Positions 1-47,104 of a stretch of 64,000 nucleotides of DNA are shown one piece after another (the stretch's first letter is position 1; each line of letters opens with the position of its first letter). The position numbers were made by a program, and so were the translations under genes. The stretch is from Amoebidium appalachense (lineage: Eukaryota > Protista > Ichthyosporea): positions 4,817,814 through 4,881,813 of the forward strand of contig CAVNZM010000013.1 in the NCBI GenBank assembly GCA_963693365.1, given 5' to 3'. The notes beneath the pieces are model-generated. The model was not told the origin of the DNA and did not search any database. It worked only from the letters and a program-made list of their open reading frames with translations.

Positions 1-68
1 GCTACTTTTTTGACAAGCACGGTCATTTCAGGTTCAGCAAGCGTGCGCGCGCATACACACACACACAT

Positions 69-138
<70 letters not shown>

Positions 139-203
139 AAACACACAAACACACACACACACGCACACACACACACAAACGCACACACACAAACGCACCA
201 GTG

Positions 204-244
<41 letters not shown>

Positions 245-642
245 ACAGTATAGATCTTACAGTTACTGGCACAGGCATTAATAAACATTGGATTAAGCAT
301 ACACGTTCATATACGGACATGTTGTGTGGCACGTGCATGGACATGTCAGACATGTGCACACACGTATGCAACAGTTTGAAACATGCACATGCTGATTGAC
401 AGTATCATCACAAAGCACGGAGCCAGGGAGACACAGAAAGTCACGCGGCAGAGGGGCATACCGTAGTAACACCTGCACGTTCACACGCATGCACATACAC
501 ACACGCACACGGTGCACACAGCAGAAATACATACACACGTCACGGTGACCACATACGTGCCGTACCACATACATACACAAACGGTCATAGCTATAGGTTC
601 AACCATGTGTGTCACAGTGGCACACACACATACCACACACAG

Positions 643-674
<32 letters not shown>

Positions 675-2057
675 GCGCGCGCGCGCGCACGTGTCACACA
701 CAAACACGCACACAAACGCACGTTTGAAACACGCACACAAACGCGTCAAACACACGTGCAGCCACAGCATATCATGGCAAGCATGCCACGGCGATCCTCA
801 AGCCATGCACACACACAGATTTCGAATTCAGCTCAACGTTTTCCGCCGGGGGGAGGAAGGGGGGGGTGCGGAGGGGGGAAGAGAGAAAGGTGGGGGGGGG
901 GGGGGGAGGGGGTAGTTGGGGGGGGGGGGGGGGGGGGGGGAGGGGGGGGGAGGGGGGGGGGGGGCTCTGTGACTGTGACGCACGGCTGCCGCATACATTT
1001 CCAACTGTTACAATCATTACTCACTTACAGTCATGCATTACTAGAACTGTAACACACTCCCATCAGAGTTTAAGTTCGTGTACTATGTCAGACGAGATGA
1101 TACTGAAACAAACCGCCAGTAGCTGTTGCAAATGGTCATATGAATCAACGTTACTTGCGCCAATAGCACGGGTTTTATCTCCTCTGAGAACAACCATACA
1201 CGTGCACAAGTACACACAAGCATAACATACACATAGTGGTTCACAAGTTTTTCATTCTTTTTCCCTTTCACCCACCGGACCCCGCCCGTTGTAGCGCTGA
1301 CCCGTCACTGTTTTCCACACATCACCCCCGATTCTTTTACTAGCCATTCTTGCGGAAAGAGAATAAGAAATCCTTTTGGTCCCGGGTCAAAGACGAATTC
1401 AAACATTAATGGCCTTGGTGACTTCAAAAATATTTGTAGACACGTGTCTCATAATGGTGCCATTGGCTCATTGTTTAGTAGCGGTATGTGGTTCGAGAGC
1501 ATATATATGCCCGTGAGGCTTTGAAATAGTGCAAATAGTGCTGAGTAAAATTTTGAATCCAAAGTTGTTCCCTTATTCTGTGTTGATCTTGGTAAAGTCC
1601 GCAGCAAGGTGGCCATAGTGTGTGTGCGCGTGTTCTTGTTTGTGCGTCTGTTTCTGGATATGCTTGTGGTTCTGTGTCCGCGTGTTTGCGTAATTGCATG
1701 TGTTTGCGTGTCCCCGTGCTTGTTTAAGCACATGTCACAAAGTTTTGTGTCCGCGTGTTTGTGTCAGCGCAGTGTTTGTGTGTGCTTGTGTGCACACACA
1801 ACCTTGTGGGTGTGATTCAGAAGGTGCCTCCCCCTGCCCCCTCCCCCCCCCCAAACACACACACAAACTCAAAGGCCAACTACTAGCAGCATTGATTCTC
1901 GCTCCCTTTTTTGCCCCAGACCAAATTTGCTGCATTTGCCTTTTTTTGGGGGTGTGTATGTGTGGGAACAGGGGGAGGGGGGGGAGAGGGGGAGGGTGCG
2001 CTGGGGAGAAGGGGACTTTAAATTTCTCGGGTGGGGGGGAGGGGAGAGGGGGAAGGT

Positions 2058-2091
<34 letters not shown>

Positions 2092-2628
2092 GAGGGCCCG
2101 GGGGAGGGAGGGGTTGGAGGGAAGGGGGGGGGAGGGGGGGCCGAGGGGGGAAGAAGATTGTGAAGCCCGGGCCGGCAAGGCTACACGATCAACGTTTAGC
2201 TATTATAGACATTGCGTTTTCAAGGTCGATAACTGTACAGACTTTCAGACGTCGACTAGTACTGCGGTCTGCCCACTCTCTCCGACCAATTTTTCTGAAT
2301 AGGCCGACACCCTAGGTGTCAGAGTTTGAAACCATACTTCTACATTCCGAATCCACATGTAATATACTATGTACATGTATCCATACAGAGGGGCACACCT
2401 AATAAATAATATAGCGCACACAACGGTATATACAAGCAAAGCCATCATATCACCGCGAGAATGATGGCAAGTATCATTGGTCCGATAGATGCATGTGTGC
2501 GCCGGGTGGTGGTGATGGTGAAGGTGTGCACATGTGTGATACGTGCGTGTATACAAGCGTGCGAGTGCTCATAATAAAGGTGTGTGTGCGTGCGCGCATG
2601 TGTGTGTGTGTGTGCGTGCGTGTGTGTG

Positions 2629-2718
<90 letters not shown>

Positions 2719-4003
2719 TGTTGTGTATCAGTGTCAAGTGTGTGTGTATGTGAGTGTACGTGTATGTGTGTTGTGTGTTTTCTGTGAAACTTTGTCTGTG
2801 CATAGCTTGTATGTGTGCGTGTGTGTTCATGGTTGGGAGAAGCAGCCGGCGAGGTGGACCGGGGAGTGTGCACGTGTTGGTTGGGTATGTTGAGTGGGAG
2901 GCCGAGAGCTCGCGAGGTGTAGGCTGCCTAGCAGAGAGGCGTTTCACACGCCAGGGCGCTGGGTGGGGTGGGGGGGGGGGGGGAGGGGGGGGGGGGGGGG
3001 CTGGACGGGGAGGGGGTATTTCTAATATACCAATATACCTTCTTCTTCTTCGGCCTTCTTCTTTTCAAGTTCTTTTGTGGTGATGGTGGCGGGCCCGGAA
3101 TGCCCGAAAGGGGGGGGGGGGGGGGGGAGGGAGGGGGGGGGGGGGGGTTGATTCTTCTATGGGGCTTTGGTCTTGATGACTGGTCCCGTTTATTGCCTAA
3201 TTAGGTCAGTTTTGTAGAAAAAGAGTCTTCCCACACATGATTCGTTGTTTTGGAAATGAACAAGACACAAAAACACCGGGATCACTCCCTCATATTAAAT
3301 GATTATTTTTTGCAAAGAAGAATACTAGAGTTCAGGATCAAACAACCGCCTCGATATTTCTATCTATTCCTATTCCTATTTCTATTGTTATGCAACACAT
3401 CATGTCTTTAAGTTAGGTACACTATTAATCATGTCATTGCATCCGTTAAGTAGGCCATGGGCACAGTACAACATTATGCTGACTCAGGTGCCGGGGGCTT
3501 ATAACCACAGCGGTAGAAACACCGAATTTCCAAATTACAGCTAGATATTTTGCAAAATTGGGGGTTTAAGGGTAAATACTGGTCTGAAACGAGATTCGCA
3601 ATATAGCCTCTGCTCCATTCCGGGTTATATGAAAACTAATAGTATTTCCTAATTGGTTCGTTTAAAAATTACTAGAAAATTAACTACTTTACAAATTTAC
3701 TGGAAACGGTTGCATGCACTATGTGCCTGCTTAATACAGAACTCCTTTGTGATTAAGATTCACGACCTCGGTGGCACGCCCCTGGGCCTCCCACAAAAAC
3801 AAGAGAAAAAAAGAAATAAAAAAGAAGAAGAAAAGGAAATATGACCATAAGACCCCACAGCAATTAAACCCCCACACCGCAAGCCCCAATCAATTTTGAC
3901 CTACTCTGTGTCTTACCAAATAAGGAAATCACCACACAATTGTGTTCACTCATCATCAACAACCAGAATCCTCTGAATTGCTACTTGGCCTACCATACGT
4001 CCA

Positions 4004-4043
<40 letters not shown>

Positions 4044-4149
4044 TCAATTAACTATTTGCTACTGAATTCCTGATAAATTAATCAGCTCTAACCATACAAC
4101 CTCTAAATTTCGCGAAAGGAAAAACACCTGCAGACCCCTCCCCCCCTCC

Positions 4150-4181
<32 letters not shown>

Positions 4182-4241
4182 CCACACACACACACACACC
4201 CACCCACACACACACACACACACCCAACACCATCATCATCA

Positions 4242-19886
<15,645 letters not shown>

Positions 19887-20867
19887 TCCCGCTATCCTCG
19901 ACTGCTCTTGTATTCAACGCATACCAGGCTGGACTGCTCACGTAAAGTAGGCTAACTTCTAAAAGTGATTCCACGAGTAGACGTCATGCAGTAGCAAAAG
20001 TTTTTTTTTCTACACGACAAGGCAACAACGTTGTCAATATGAAGAAAACTTGCCAGAATAAAAACAGGGAAAACGCTATTCGGTGTCATAGAAAAAGTGA
20101 ACGTAACGTGATCAAGTGTGCTGAATCCAGAAAAATGTGGCAAGGCTTTTCTGACTTGCTCCCACGCATTCATTCGAATCGAGCCAGAAAATCGGGTTTG
20201 GTTCGAAAAGCCGTTTACCAACATTCTACATATGCATAGGATTCCTTCACTGCAATAGGCGCATGGATGCAGTCTGTATGTATCCATTCCAAATCAAAAG
20301 CCTTGAAGTTCTATAATTTTCTCTATGGCTTCATTTAGTATTTATGGAACCTTTTGTTGGTGGAAGCTGTTTACGACACTCGAATCAGCCGATGCATGGT
20401 GGCCCCAAGTGCTCTCGATTCGAACCGGAATGTGATCACTGACCATTCCTGGAGAGTCATGGTGATGTCATCAAGCCATATGTGATTGGTTCCTTTTGCA
20501 ACGTTTGCGATAACGCGATATGATTTGGCCTCTTGAGGAATTTGCCTAATCACAGCCATCTAATTGGTGGTGATGGCATAATGGCGCGAGTTTTGAAAAT
20601 CCGATGTCGATGCTGGTTGATGGATGATCATTCATCACATCATGCATTCATGCATTTGTACACGTGTTCCGGCTTCGTTGGTGTGCGTGTGCAGTGAAGT
20701 GAACTTGCGTGTGCGTGTGTGTTTGTGTGTGTTTGTGTGTTTGTGTGTGTGTGTGTGTGTGTGCGTGTGTGTGTGCGTGCGTGTGTACACCGTGTGCGCG
20801 CGTGGATGTGTGTACATGTGTACATGTGTGTCCGTCTAGATCTGTGTGCGTGCGTGCGTGCCATCTG

Positions 20868-20906
<39 letters not shown>

Positions 20907-20948
20907 ATGCAGGCGTACGTTTACACGTTGGTGTGTGTGTGTGTGTGT

Positions 20949-20986
<38 letters not shown>

Positions 20987-20997
20987 ACATGTACATG

Positions 20998-21032
<35 letters not shown>

Positions 21033-21062
21033 ATGCATGTGTGTGCGTGTGTGTGAACGTGT

Positions 21063-21118
<56 letters not shown>

Positions 21119-21325
21119 TTTGTACGTGTGTGTGTGTGTGTGTGGGTGGGTGGGTGGGTGGGTGGGTGGGTGGGTGGGTGGGTCACGGTGTGCGTGTGTA
21201 TGCTCAGCCTAGGCCTTCCGGCGCCAGCATCAGCCGCAGCCTCCTCATCATTTCTTCTTTATTTTTTATGTTTCCTTCTTCTTCTCTTCGTCTTTCTTTC
21301 TTTCTTTTTTTTTTTGTGTGTGTGT

Positions 21326-21361
<36 letters not shown>

Positions 21362-21534
21362 AGGTGGTGGTGGTGGTGGTGGTGGTGGTGGGGGGGGGGG
21401 GGGGGACATGTACAGAGTTACCAGGGACGTGTAGAACTTCAGCCAATGAAACAGCGTCGAGAATTTGAATGGAGAGGAGGGGGGATGCAGGCGGGGCGCC
21501 CCGGAAGGAGGGGGGGGGGGGGGGGGGGGGCCGG

Positions 21535-21591
<57 letters not shown>

Positions 21592-22545
21592 TCGGATCTA
21601 CTCGGATGTGTGTGTACACACATGTGTGTGTGTGTGTGTTTGGGAGGCGGGGGTTACACACACACCAGAGGTTAATTATGTAGTAGGTGCCTGCAGCGCG
21701 CGCTGGTACATTATATCGGAATTCGAAAACAGGATGGGACCATAAAAAGTCATGTCGTGCACGGTCGGTCACTCACGTGCCCGTGCACCTCAGTGCACGT
21801 GAGCTCATGAATTAATTTTATCACACACATATTCTTCGTCATGAAAATTATGCACTGTTATTACATTTTGTGTACACACCCTTCGTACTCACAGTCAAGT
21901 TGAGCAGAATCTGATATATTTAGCACCGTGACAGTCTGAGATAGGTGATATCTATTACGATCTATCAACCGTAACGTGAATTTGTGACCTCCCTTAAGCC
22001 GCGCATCACTACGTAACACTCATGATCAGGAGGCATAAGGTGTGAGTTCAACCCCAGTGATAGATATTGATATTCAGAATCTCAAGAAATTAAAACAAAG
22101 TGTCACATGGTTCATGAAATGACATGACCAATCTGGAGATATATGGATGGCCTAATTACACAGTGTCATAGTGTATATACTCAACCTCCTTCGGCGTGCG
22201 GAATGCAATATATGTATGCAATAGCCAGGATGACGTCATTCGTATGTTCGTTCCAAATTCAAATGCTGTTAACAAGCACCAGACAATGGCGAAGTCTTAT
22301 AAATTGCAGTAATTTCTTGCGGTGTTCGTTTCTCCCCCTTAAACCCCCCCTCTCCTCCCCACCCCCCTCCCCCCTCCCCCCTTCTCCGAAGACCGAGGAC
22401 CACACACACATACATGCACACACACTACCTATGCAGCCACCCATCTACCCACACAATGAACTACCCAACTCCATACACCTCAAAGCTAACATGTTTCATT
22501 ACAGCAACCACGTGACACCTCCGCCTACGATATATGCCAAGCCAT

Positions 22546-40006
<17,461 letters not shown>

Positions 40007-41232
40007 GGCGTCGTAATCTGCATGGCATAACCAGCAACTAGGCTACGTCCTTCGAATTCGGTGCCACGGATCTGCCTGGAGAAAAGGGTGCCCTGAATTC
40101 TTTCTATGCCAACAACCCGGGGAGCCAGTTCTACACCACAAAACCTTCCTAATTCATAAACTCGCTTCTAAGGACCAAAAAATCCTCCCATCTCTGAAGC
40201 TCCTTTTTCATCTGACTAATGGGTGGTGCCGCAATCTTTGAACCTCCGAGGCCACAAAACTGAAACTTTGAAACCTCGATTGCTCTAGACTCTCATTGTC
40301 ACCTCTGTCAGTCTGTGACAGTCACCTGATGACGTCTTACAAGCAAAATCCCCAATGGCCATTCGCTGCCAGCACATCAAAGTATCATAGTCGAACATTT
40401 TTTTTTTGCACTTTTACCATATCTGGTTATTTGCTTGGGGAATTTGCGTAACGAGGTTACATGAGCCTAAGTTTTATTGGCTACGCGCGCACCAGCATGA
40501 CGTCACAATTGACATCAGACACTGTGTGACCGAAACCACGGCCCTCTGAAAACGGATTTCTCGAGGACCACGCCGAAACGCAGCGTTGCTGCGAACAGCT
40601 GCCAGGCTGCAGGTGAACGAGCCCAACCCACACAAGAGGGTCGGCCCAAACTACCCCGAAAATACAACCTTCCTCTACCAACCCATGCAACCTGCAGGGC
40701 CAGCGCTTTCCATCTGTCACTACCCAGCAGATGTCAAGTTGCCAGCATCAAAGCCCCTCTCAGCACCTTAAGTCCCCCGGCCAATTGCAGCACGAGCACA
40801 GCCACCCATGGATGCACATGGAGGTACGTAGCTGGCCCGGGCTCCACCTAAACGCTAGACGACCACAAGCAGCCACGAGCAAACGCCCTCCCCCTCCCGA
40901 ACTATGTACAGCCCCCACGTGTTTTGAAAGAAACCAGTCAGCTGCCACCTGTACACACCATAGCGCAAATCCAACCTCACAGCCTTCCCCCCTTCCCCCC
41001 CCCTCCCCCGGGGCGACCTACCGTACCCTCTCTAAATGTATACTGTCTAGCTTCCAACACACATTCAAATACAAGAACCCACAACCCCATCCACCCAAAC
41101 CTGACCCCTTTCAAACAAGTAATGAGCTAGCACGGCTGCATTGGCATGTCGCCTATAAAACAGCAGCAAAGATTCTAATGGAAAATTCCCGCGGAAACAG
41201 CCCATATATATATAATCAATATGTATAAGCCT

Positions 41233-41685
41233 TTGGACTGCTCCCCCTAGTTGAACAGTTTGGGGGGAAAGCCGAAGGCTCTAAATTCGGATATTCGGGA
41301 TTTGGTTGTAAGGTTTTACGGGTCGGGCCGAAGGCCTTAACGGGCCGCAGGCCCGCCTATTGGGCCGCCAGGCCCGGGGCCCCGGGGACCGGGGGCCTCC
41401 CCACCCACGCGGGCCACCCCCCGGCCCGGCCCGGCCCGCGGGGGCACGGGGAGTAGAGCTCTACTCCCCGTGCCCCCGCGGGCCGGGCCGGGCCGGGGGG
41501 TGGCCCGCGTGGGTGGGGAGGCCCCCGGTCCCCGGGGCCCCGGGCCTGGCGGCCCAATAGGGCGGGCCTGCGGCCCGTTAAGGCCTTCGGCCCGACCCGT
41601 AAAACCTTACAACCAAATCCCGAATATCCGAATTTAGAGCCTTCGGCTTTCCCCCCAAACTGTTCAACTAGGGGGAGCAGTCCAA
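41233..41685. repeat. Spacer-less near-perfect palindrome, arms of 226 and 227 bp, centre gagtagag|ctctactc at 41458/41459
   Basis: Arms compared by eye; the only difference found is a 1-nt indel (gcccgcctat vs gcccgccctat). Confidence 0.95.
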
Positions 41686-41816
41686 TATTGCTTCGCTCTT
41701 TCCAGTAGATCACTTCCAAATATCTATCACGTGATGACCTTCCCGATTGTTCTTCCAATGACATTTTCTATCACTATCGACAGTTCTCCAATATTAGAAC
41801 AGAAAACGGTTTATAC

Positions 41817-41908
41817 CCACATGGCCAGATGGCCAGATCAAATCCAGTCTGTGAGCAGGGGGGGGGATCCACCTGAAGTCAAAACAATCTGGCCATCTGG
41901 CCATGTGG
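41817..41908. repeat. 22-bp perfect inverted repeat (ccacatggccagatggccagat) with a 48-bp spacer
   Basis: 41817-41838 matches the reverse complement of 41887-41908. Confidence 0.9.
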
Positions 41909-41940
41909 CCATAGAATAGATTAGTATGTAAGGCACTGGC

Positions 41941-42925
41941 TGCCACCACTGGGGGGCGTGGTTCCGGCAGCAGGGGGGGAGGGGAGGCACACGTGCACAG
42001 GAGGCCGGGGAGAGTGGGGGAAGCATGTTGGAATGCCACCACTGGGGGGCGTGGTTCCGGCAGCAGGGGGGGAGGGGAGGCACACGTGCACAGGAGGCCG
42101 GGGAGAGTGGGGGAAGCATGTTGGAATGCCACCACTGGGGGGCGTGGTTCCGGCAGCAGGGGGGGAGGGGAGGCACACGTGCACAGGAGGCCGGGGAGAG
42201 TGGGGGAAGCATGTTGGAATGCCACCACTGGGGGGCGTGGTTCCGGCAGCAGGGGGGAGGGGAGGCACACGTGCACAGGAGGCCGGGGAGAGTGGGGGAA
42301 GCATGTTGGAATGCCACCACTGGGGGGCGTGGTTCCGGCAGCAGGGGGGAGGGGAGGCACACGTGCAGGGGGGCTGGGGAGAGTGGGGGAAGCATGTTGG
42401 AATGCCACCACTGGGGGGCGTGGTTCCGGCAGCAGGGGGGGAGGGGAGGCACACGTGCAGGGGGGCTGGGGAGAGTGGGGGAAGCATGTTGGAATGCCAC
42501 CACTGGGGGGCGTGGTTCCGGCAGCAGGGGGGGAGGGGAGGCACACGTGCACAGGAGGCCGGGGAGAGTGGGGGAAGCATGTTGGAATGCCACCACTGGG
42601 GGGCGTGGTTCCGGCAGCAGGGGGGAGGGGAGGCACACGTGCACAGGAGGCCGGGGAGAGTGGGGGAAGCATGTTGGAATGCCACCACTGGGGGGCGTGG
42701 TTCCGGCAGCAGGGGGGGAGGGGGAGGCACACGTGCAGGGGGGGCTGGGGAGGCACACGTGCACAGGAGGCCGGGGAGAGTGGGGGAAGCATGTTGGAAT
42801 GCCACCACTGGGGGGCGTGGTTCCGGCAGCAGGGGGGAGGGGAGGCACACGTGCAGGGGGGCTGGGGGAGTGGGGGAAGCATGGCACCGCTGGGGAATGG
42901 CACCACTGGGGGCGTGGTTCCGGCA
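41941..42925 (+). repeat. G-rich ~93-bp tandem array, about 10 copies
   Basis: tgccaccactggggggcgtggttccggcagcag... recurs at 41941, 42034, 42127, 42220 and onward. Confidence 0.95.
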
Positions 42926-43394
42926 GGCCAGCAAGAGGGCGGATATGTGAGGCACACATGCTGGCGAGGAGGGCAAGGAGGGCGAGACTGGCGAGCCACC
43001 CACAGTGAGAAAGTATTATGTATGCATAGAGCATGTTGCCTGTGCAGCAGGTAGATGTGCATGAGGCACCAGAGTGGTGCAAGTTTCTGGTGGCTCTGTT
43101 TGACTAATAAAGGCATATGCTGCAACCACTGGGGGCCTGGTTCCGGGAGGAGGGGGGGCTGGGGGAGGGGGAGGCTGGGGGGCCGGGGGGGGAAGCATGG
43201 CACCGCTGGGGGCGTGGTTCCGGCAGCAGGGGGGGCTGGGGGGAGGGGGAGGCTGGGGGGCCGGGGGGGCGGAGGAGGCGGGGGGGCCGGGGGGCGGAGG
43301 AGGGGGGGCTGGGGGCCTCACAGTTGGTTCCGGGGGGCACGGGGGGGGGGGCTGGGGGGGGGGCAAAAAGTCTCTCTCTCCTATGCACACATAT

Positions 43395-43454
43395 ACTAAG
43401 TGTGAGGCCGGGAGGCCAAATATAAATGCTAAGTGTGAGGCCGGGGGATGCAAA

Positions 43455-43487
<33 letters not shown>

Positions 43488-44200
43488 CAGGCCAAATATA
43501 TATGCTAAGTGTGTAATGCTAAGTGTGAGGCCGGGGGGCCAAATATATATGCCAAGTGTGTGATGCTAAGTGTGAGGCCGGGGGGCCAAATATATATGCT
43601 AAGTGTGTAATGCTAAGTGTGAGGCCGGGAGGCCAAATATATATGCTAAGTGTGTAATGCTAAGTGTGAGGCCGGGGGGCCAAATATATATGCCAAGTGT
43701 GTAATGCTAAGTGTGAGGCCGGGGGGCCAAATATATATGCTGTGTGAGGCCGGGGGATGCAAAAAGCTCTCTCTCTCTCTCTCTCGGCAGGCCAAATAAT
43801 GCTAAGTGTGTAATGCTAAGTGTGAGGCCGGGGGGCCAAATATAAATGCTAAGTGTGTAATGCTAAGTGTGAGGCCGGGAGGCCAAATATATATGCTAAG
43901 TGTGTAATGCTAAGTGTGAGGCCGGGGGGCCAAATATATATGCCAAGTGTGTAATGCTAAGTGTGAGGCCGGGGGGCCAAATATATATGCTGTGTGAGGC
44001 CGGGGGATGCAAAAAGTCTCTCTCTCTCTCTCTCTCGGCAGGCCAAATAATGCTAAGTGTGTAATGCTAAGTGTGAGGCCGGGGGGCCAAATATATATGC
44101 TGTGTGAGGCCGGGGGATGCAAAAAGTCTCTCTCTCTCTCTCTCGGCAGGCCAAATAATGCTAAGTGTGTAATGCTAAGTGTGAGGCCGGGGGATGCAAA

Positions 44201-44245
<45 letters not shown>

Positions 44246-44323
44246 CAGGCCAAATATATATGCTAAGTGTGAGGCCGGGAGGCCAAATATAAATGCTAAG
44301 TGTGAGGCCGGGGGATGCAAAAA

Positions 44324-44359
<36 letters not shown>

Positions 44360-44548
44360 CAGGGAGGGGGGAGGGGGGAGGGGGGCAAATAAATGCATCC
44401 GTGCATGCAAATAATGCTAGAGACCGGGAGGGGGGAGGGGGGAGGGGGGCAAATAAATGCATCCGTGCATGCAAATAATGCTTAGTGTGAGGCTGGTGAA
44501 TCCGGGGGCCAAGTAAATGCATCCGTGTGAGGCCGGGGGATGCAAAAA

Positions 44549-44586
<38 letters not shown>

Positions 44587-44664
44587 CAGGCCAAATATAT
44601 ATGCTAAGTGTGAGGCCGGGAGGCCAAATATAAATGCTAAGTGTGAGGCCGGGGGATGCAAAAA

Positions 44665-44702
<38 letters not shown>

Positions 44703-44885
44703 CAGGGAGGGGGGAGGGGGGAGGGGGCAAATAAATGCATCCGTGCATGCAAATAATGCTAGAGACCGGGAGGGGGGAGGGGGGGGGAGGGGGCAAATAA
44801 ATGCATCCGTGCATGCAAATAATGCTTAGTGTGAGGCTGGTGAATCTGGGGGCCAAGTAAATGCATCCGTGTGAGGCCGGGGGCA
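43395..44885 (+). repeat. Mosaic subterminal tandem array of modules gctaagtgtgaggccggg, ccaaatatatat and gatgcaaaaag(tc)n-ggcagg
   Basis: Dozens of recurrences of gctaagtgtg(t/a) modules. Confidence 0.9.
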
Positions 44886-45142
44886 ACACGTGCTTATATA
44901 TTTATTTGTATTTCCACTGAGCTTTACAAAATAAATACATCCGTGGTGGCACACGTGTCTTCTTAATGTAATATATTTATCTGTATTTCCACTGCATAAG
45001 TTTTACATAGTATCGAAATACATCCGTTGTGGCTCCCCTCTCCCAAAAAATACACTCGGTTGTTTGTAACCCCCCCCCCCCCAACAATACACCCAGTTTG
45101 CTTGCAAAAACTATACCCCAAACACCCCCCACCCACCACACA

Positions 45143-45853
45143 CTACTTGCTGGGCGCGTGTCTCTTGGGGTCATGCTCGACATCGTCACTGCCTCTCTTA
45201 CCACCCTTCGGGGTGGTGGTGCGAGGGGTACCCAAAAGCGCGGGGGGGGGTCCCGGAACGACACGGCCGGGAGGGGCAGGGGGCTTTGTTGAGCCGGCCG
45301 GGAGGGGCAGGGGGCTTTGTTGAGCCGGCCGGGGGGGAGGGGGCTTGCGGTGGGTCTGGTCGGAGGGGTTGTACACAGAACTCATCGGGTTTTCGTCGAT
45401 ACATGCAGACAGCCTGTCACGCTGAAGCCTGTACTCTTCAGCCGTGGCCCTCACGCTCGCCAACTCGACCTCCCTTGCCTGAAGAGCATCCCGAGTCTCC
45501 TTCAGCTGCTGCACAAGCCCCGCTACATTACCGTACCCACGGGACATACGATGGAGCAATTCTTGTGCTTCATTCGCACTCGATGCTGCAGACTCTTGTA
45601 GAGCCTCGTTCTGGCGTTGCAGAGCTTCGTTCTGGCGAACAACTTTCCCCGAAACCTTCTCGACGTCGACGGACAACGACTTGAGCTGCTCCTCGACAAC
45701 ATTGACCCGATTGCAAAGCTCGTTCCACGTCTCGGGGGTGACATAGACCCGACGGCAAAGCTCGTCCCACATCTCGGGGGTAACACGGAAGGTCTTTTCC
45801 CCCTCACCCCCCTCCCCACCCCCTTGACTATGCGGAGACTTGGGCTCTGACAT
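45143..45853 (-). CDS. Hypothetical coiled-coil protein, 236 aa
   Basis: Intronless ATG ORF with an internal duplication (VTPEMWDELCRRV/VTPETWNELCNRV), a long heptad-like stretch and a Pro-rich tail. Confidence 0.65.
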   Translation of the reverse strand: MSEPKSPHSQGGGEGGEGEKTFRVTPEMWDELCRRVYVTPETWNELCNRVNVVEEQLKSLSVDVEKVSGKVVRQNEALQRQNEALQESAASSANEAQELLHRMSRGYGNVAGLVQQLKETRDALQAREVELASVRATAEEYRLQRDRLSACIDENPMSSVYNPSDQTHRKPPPPRPAQQSPLPLPAGSTKPPAPPGRVVPGPPPALLGTPRTTTPKGGKRGSDDVEHDPKRHAPSK

Positions 45854-46689
45854 GACTAGTAACGCTCAAAAACAAAAGAAAGGATTTTCGAGGTGAGAGT
45901 GATCGAAATGAGAAACCCCAATCGGTAACGCTTAAGGTTAAGAACAAAAGGGTCAAGAACAAAAGAAAGGAATTTTTGCCTCGAGTAAGGTTTAGACAGC
46001 GTGAAAGGATTTGATCGACAAATGACCCCCAAATCAGTTAGACTGCCTTTTTATAGCCCCAGCTCCAACAGACATCTTACTCGCGGATCGAAATGGGGGA
46101 TCGATTCGGGACGATTGTCCAAATTATGAGTACGTGAATTGGCTTGACTGCTTTTTTTAGGTCTTTTTTTACTTGTAATGTTTTTGGCTCAACATGGAAA
46201 ATAAATTCATAGGGAACAGCGCGAACAGGTACAACTGCATCTTGTTTTGGGTAGCTCTGGCATGGGCTTTCTAGAAGATGCGCATGCCCTTGGATTGGTT
46301 GGGGCATTTTCACAATTTTAATGCCCCGGTGAAAAGGATTCTTAAAAAACTCATCACAATCAATGCAAAATTCAAGTGTTTTTCTACATAATTTTATTTA
46401 TTTCATTCAAGTCTTGTGTACAACGAACAAAAAACATCAACATGGATGCCATTGCCGCGGGTCATTCGAATATCACCCCTTTTTGCCCCCCCTCCGGTGA
46501 GATGGCTTTTGAATTATTCCGTTTTTTTTAACGCCCACTGTCAAAACGATTATAAAAACCCTCTTTTATCACAATCAAATCTATTAAAATTCAAAATTAT
46601 ACTTCTCTGGATAAGATCATTACAATGAAGTATTAATGATTTTGTTTATACACAATATGTACACAGAAGACCCGCGAATTCAGGATCCT

Positions 46690-46750
46690 TTTGATTGGCT
46701 GGACAGCGATTGGGGTCATGTGTCTTTTTGATTGGTTGGACAGCGATTGA
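46690..46750. promoter_or_regulatory. Duplicated module carrying clustered ATTGG (CCAAT) boxes, between divergent genes
   Basis: tttgattggNtggacagcgattg occurs twice. Confidence 0.4.
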
Positions 46751-47104
46751 GGTATCTCGTGGATCACGTGAACTTCTGAGAACTGTCTGGAGGGGGGCAA
46801 GGCTTTTCAAAGCAAACATCGATGTGCCTGTAACGCAGTGCCTTCTATTGACGCTGTATTAAGATATATTTATGGATAAGTACAGTACACAAAATAAACA
46901 CATACAATAAAAATAATCTCAAATCTTCGCATTGTGGTAGCCTAACTGCAACGGGTATCGGTGGCCGAGACAGTGATTGAAATACATATATGTGGGTACA
47001 CATTTTTGCCCTACTTCGATTACCAATGCTCGAATTATATGACCAAGCGTGCACTTGAACAAACCCGTCGGTTCTACAGTCTCTCACTTCCGGCAACAGT
47101 CTGT

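Noticed and set aside
1-3200. Possible minus-strand exons of a further host gene (near 240-290, 1030-1150, 2160-2310, 2870-2960, 3037-3110)
   Set aside because: Some splice-like signals exist, but I found no recognisable domain or consistent model.
20371-20559. 62-aa ORF between PFKFB and AKAP10
   Set aside because: Short, with no motif or other support.
41357-41764. Mirror-image ORFs on both strands
   Set aside because: A by-product of the GC-rich palindrome.
41794-43203. 330-470-aa ORFs in all six frames
   Set aside because: They arise from the stop-free 93-bp GC-rich tandem array.
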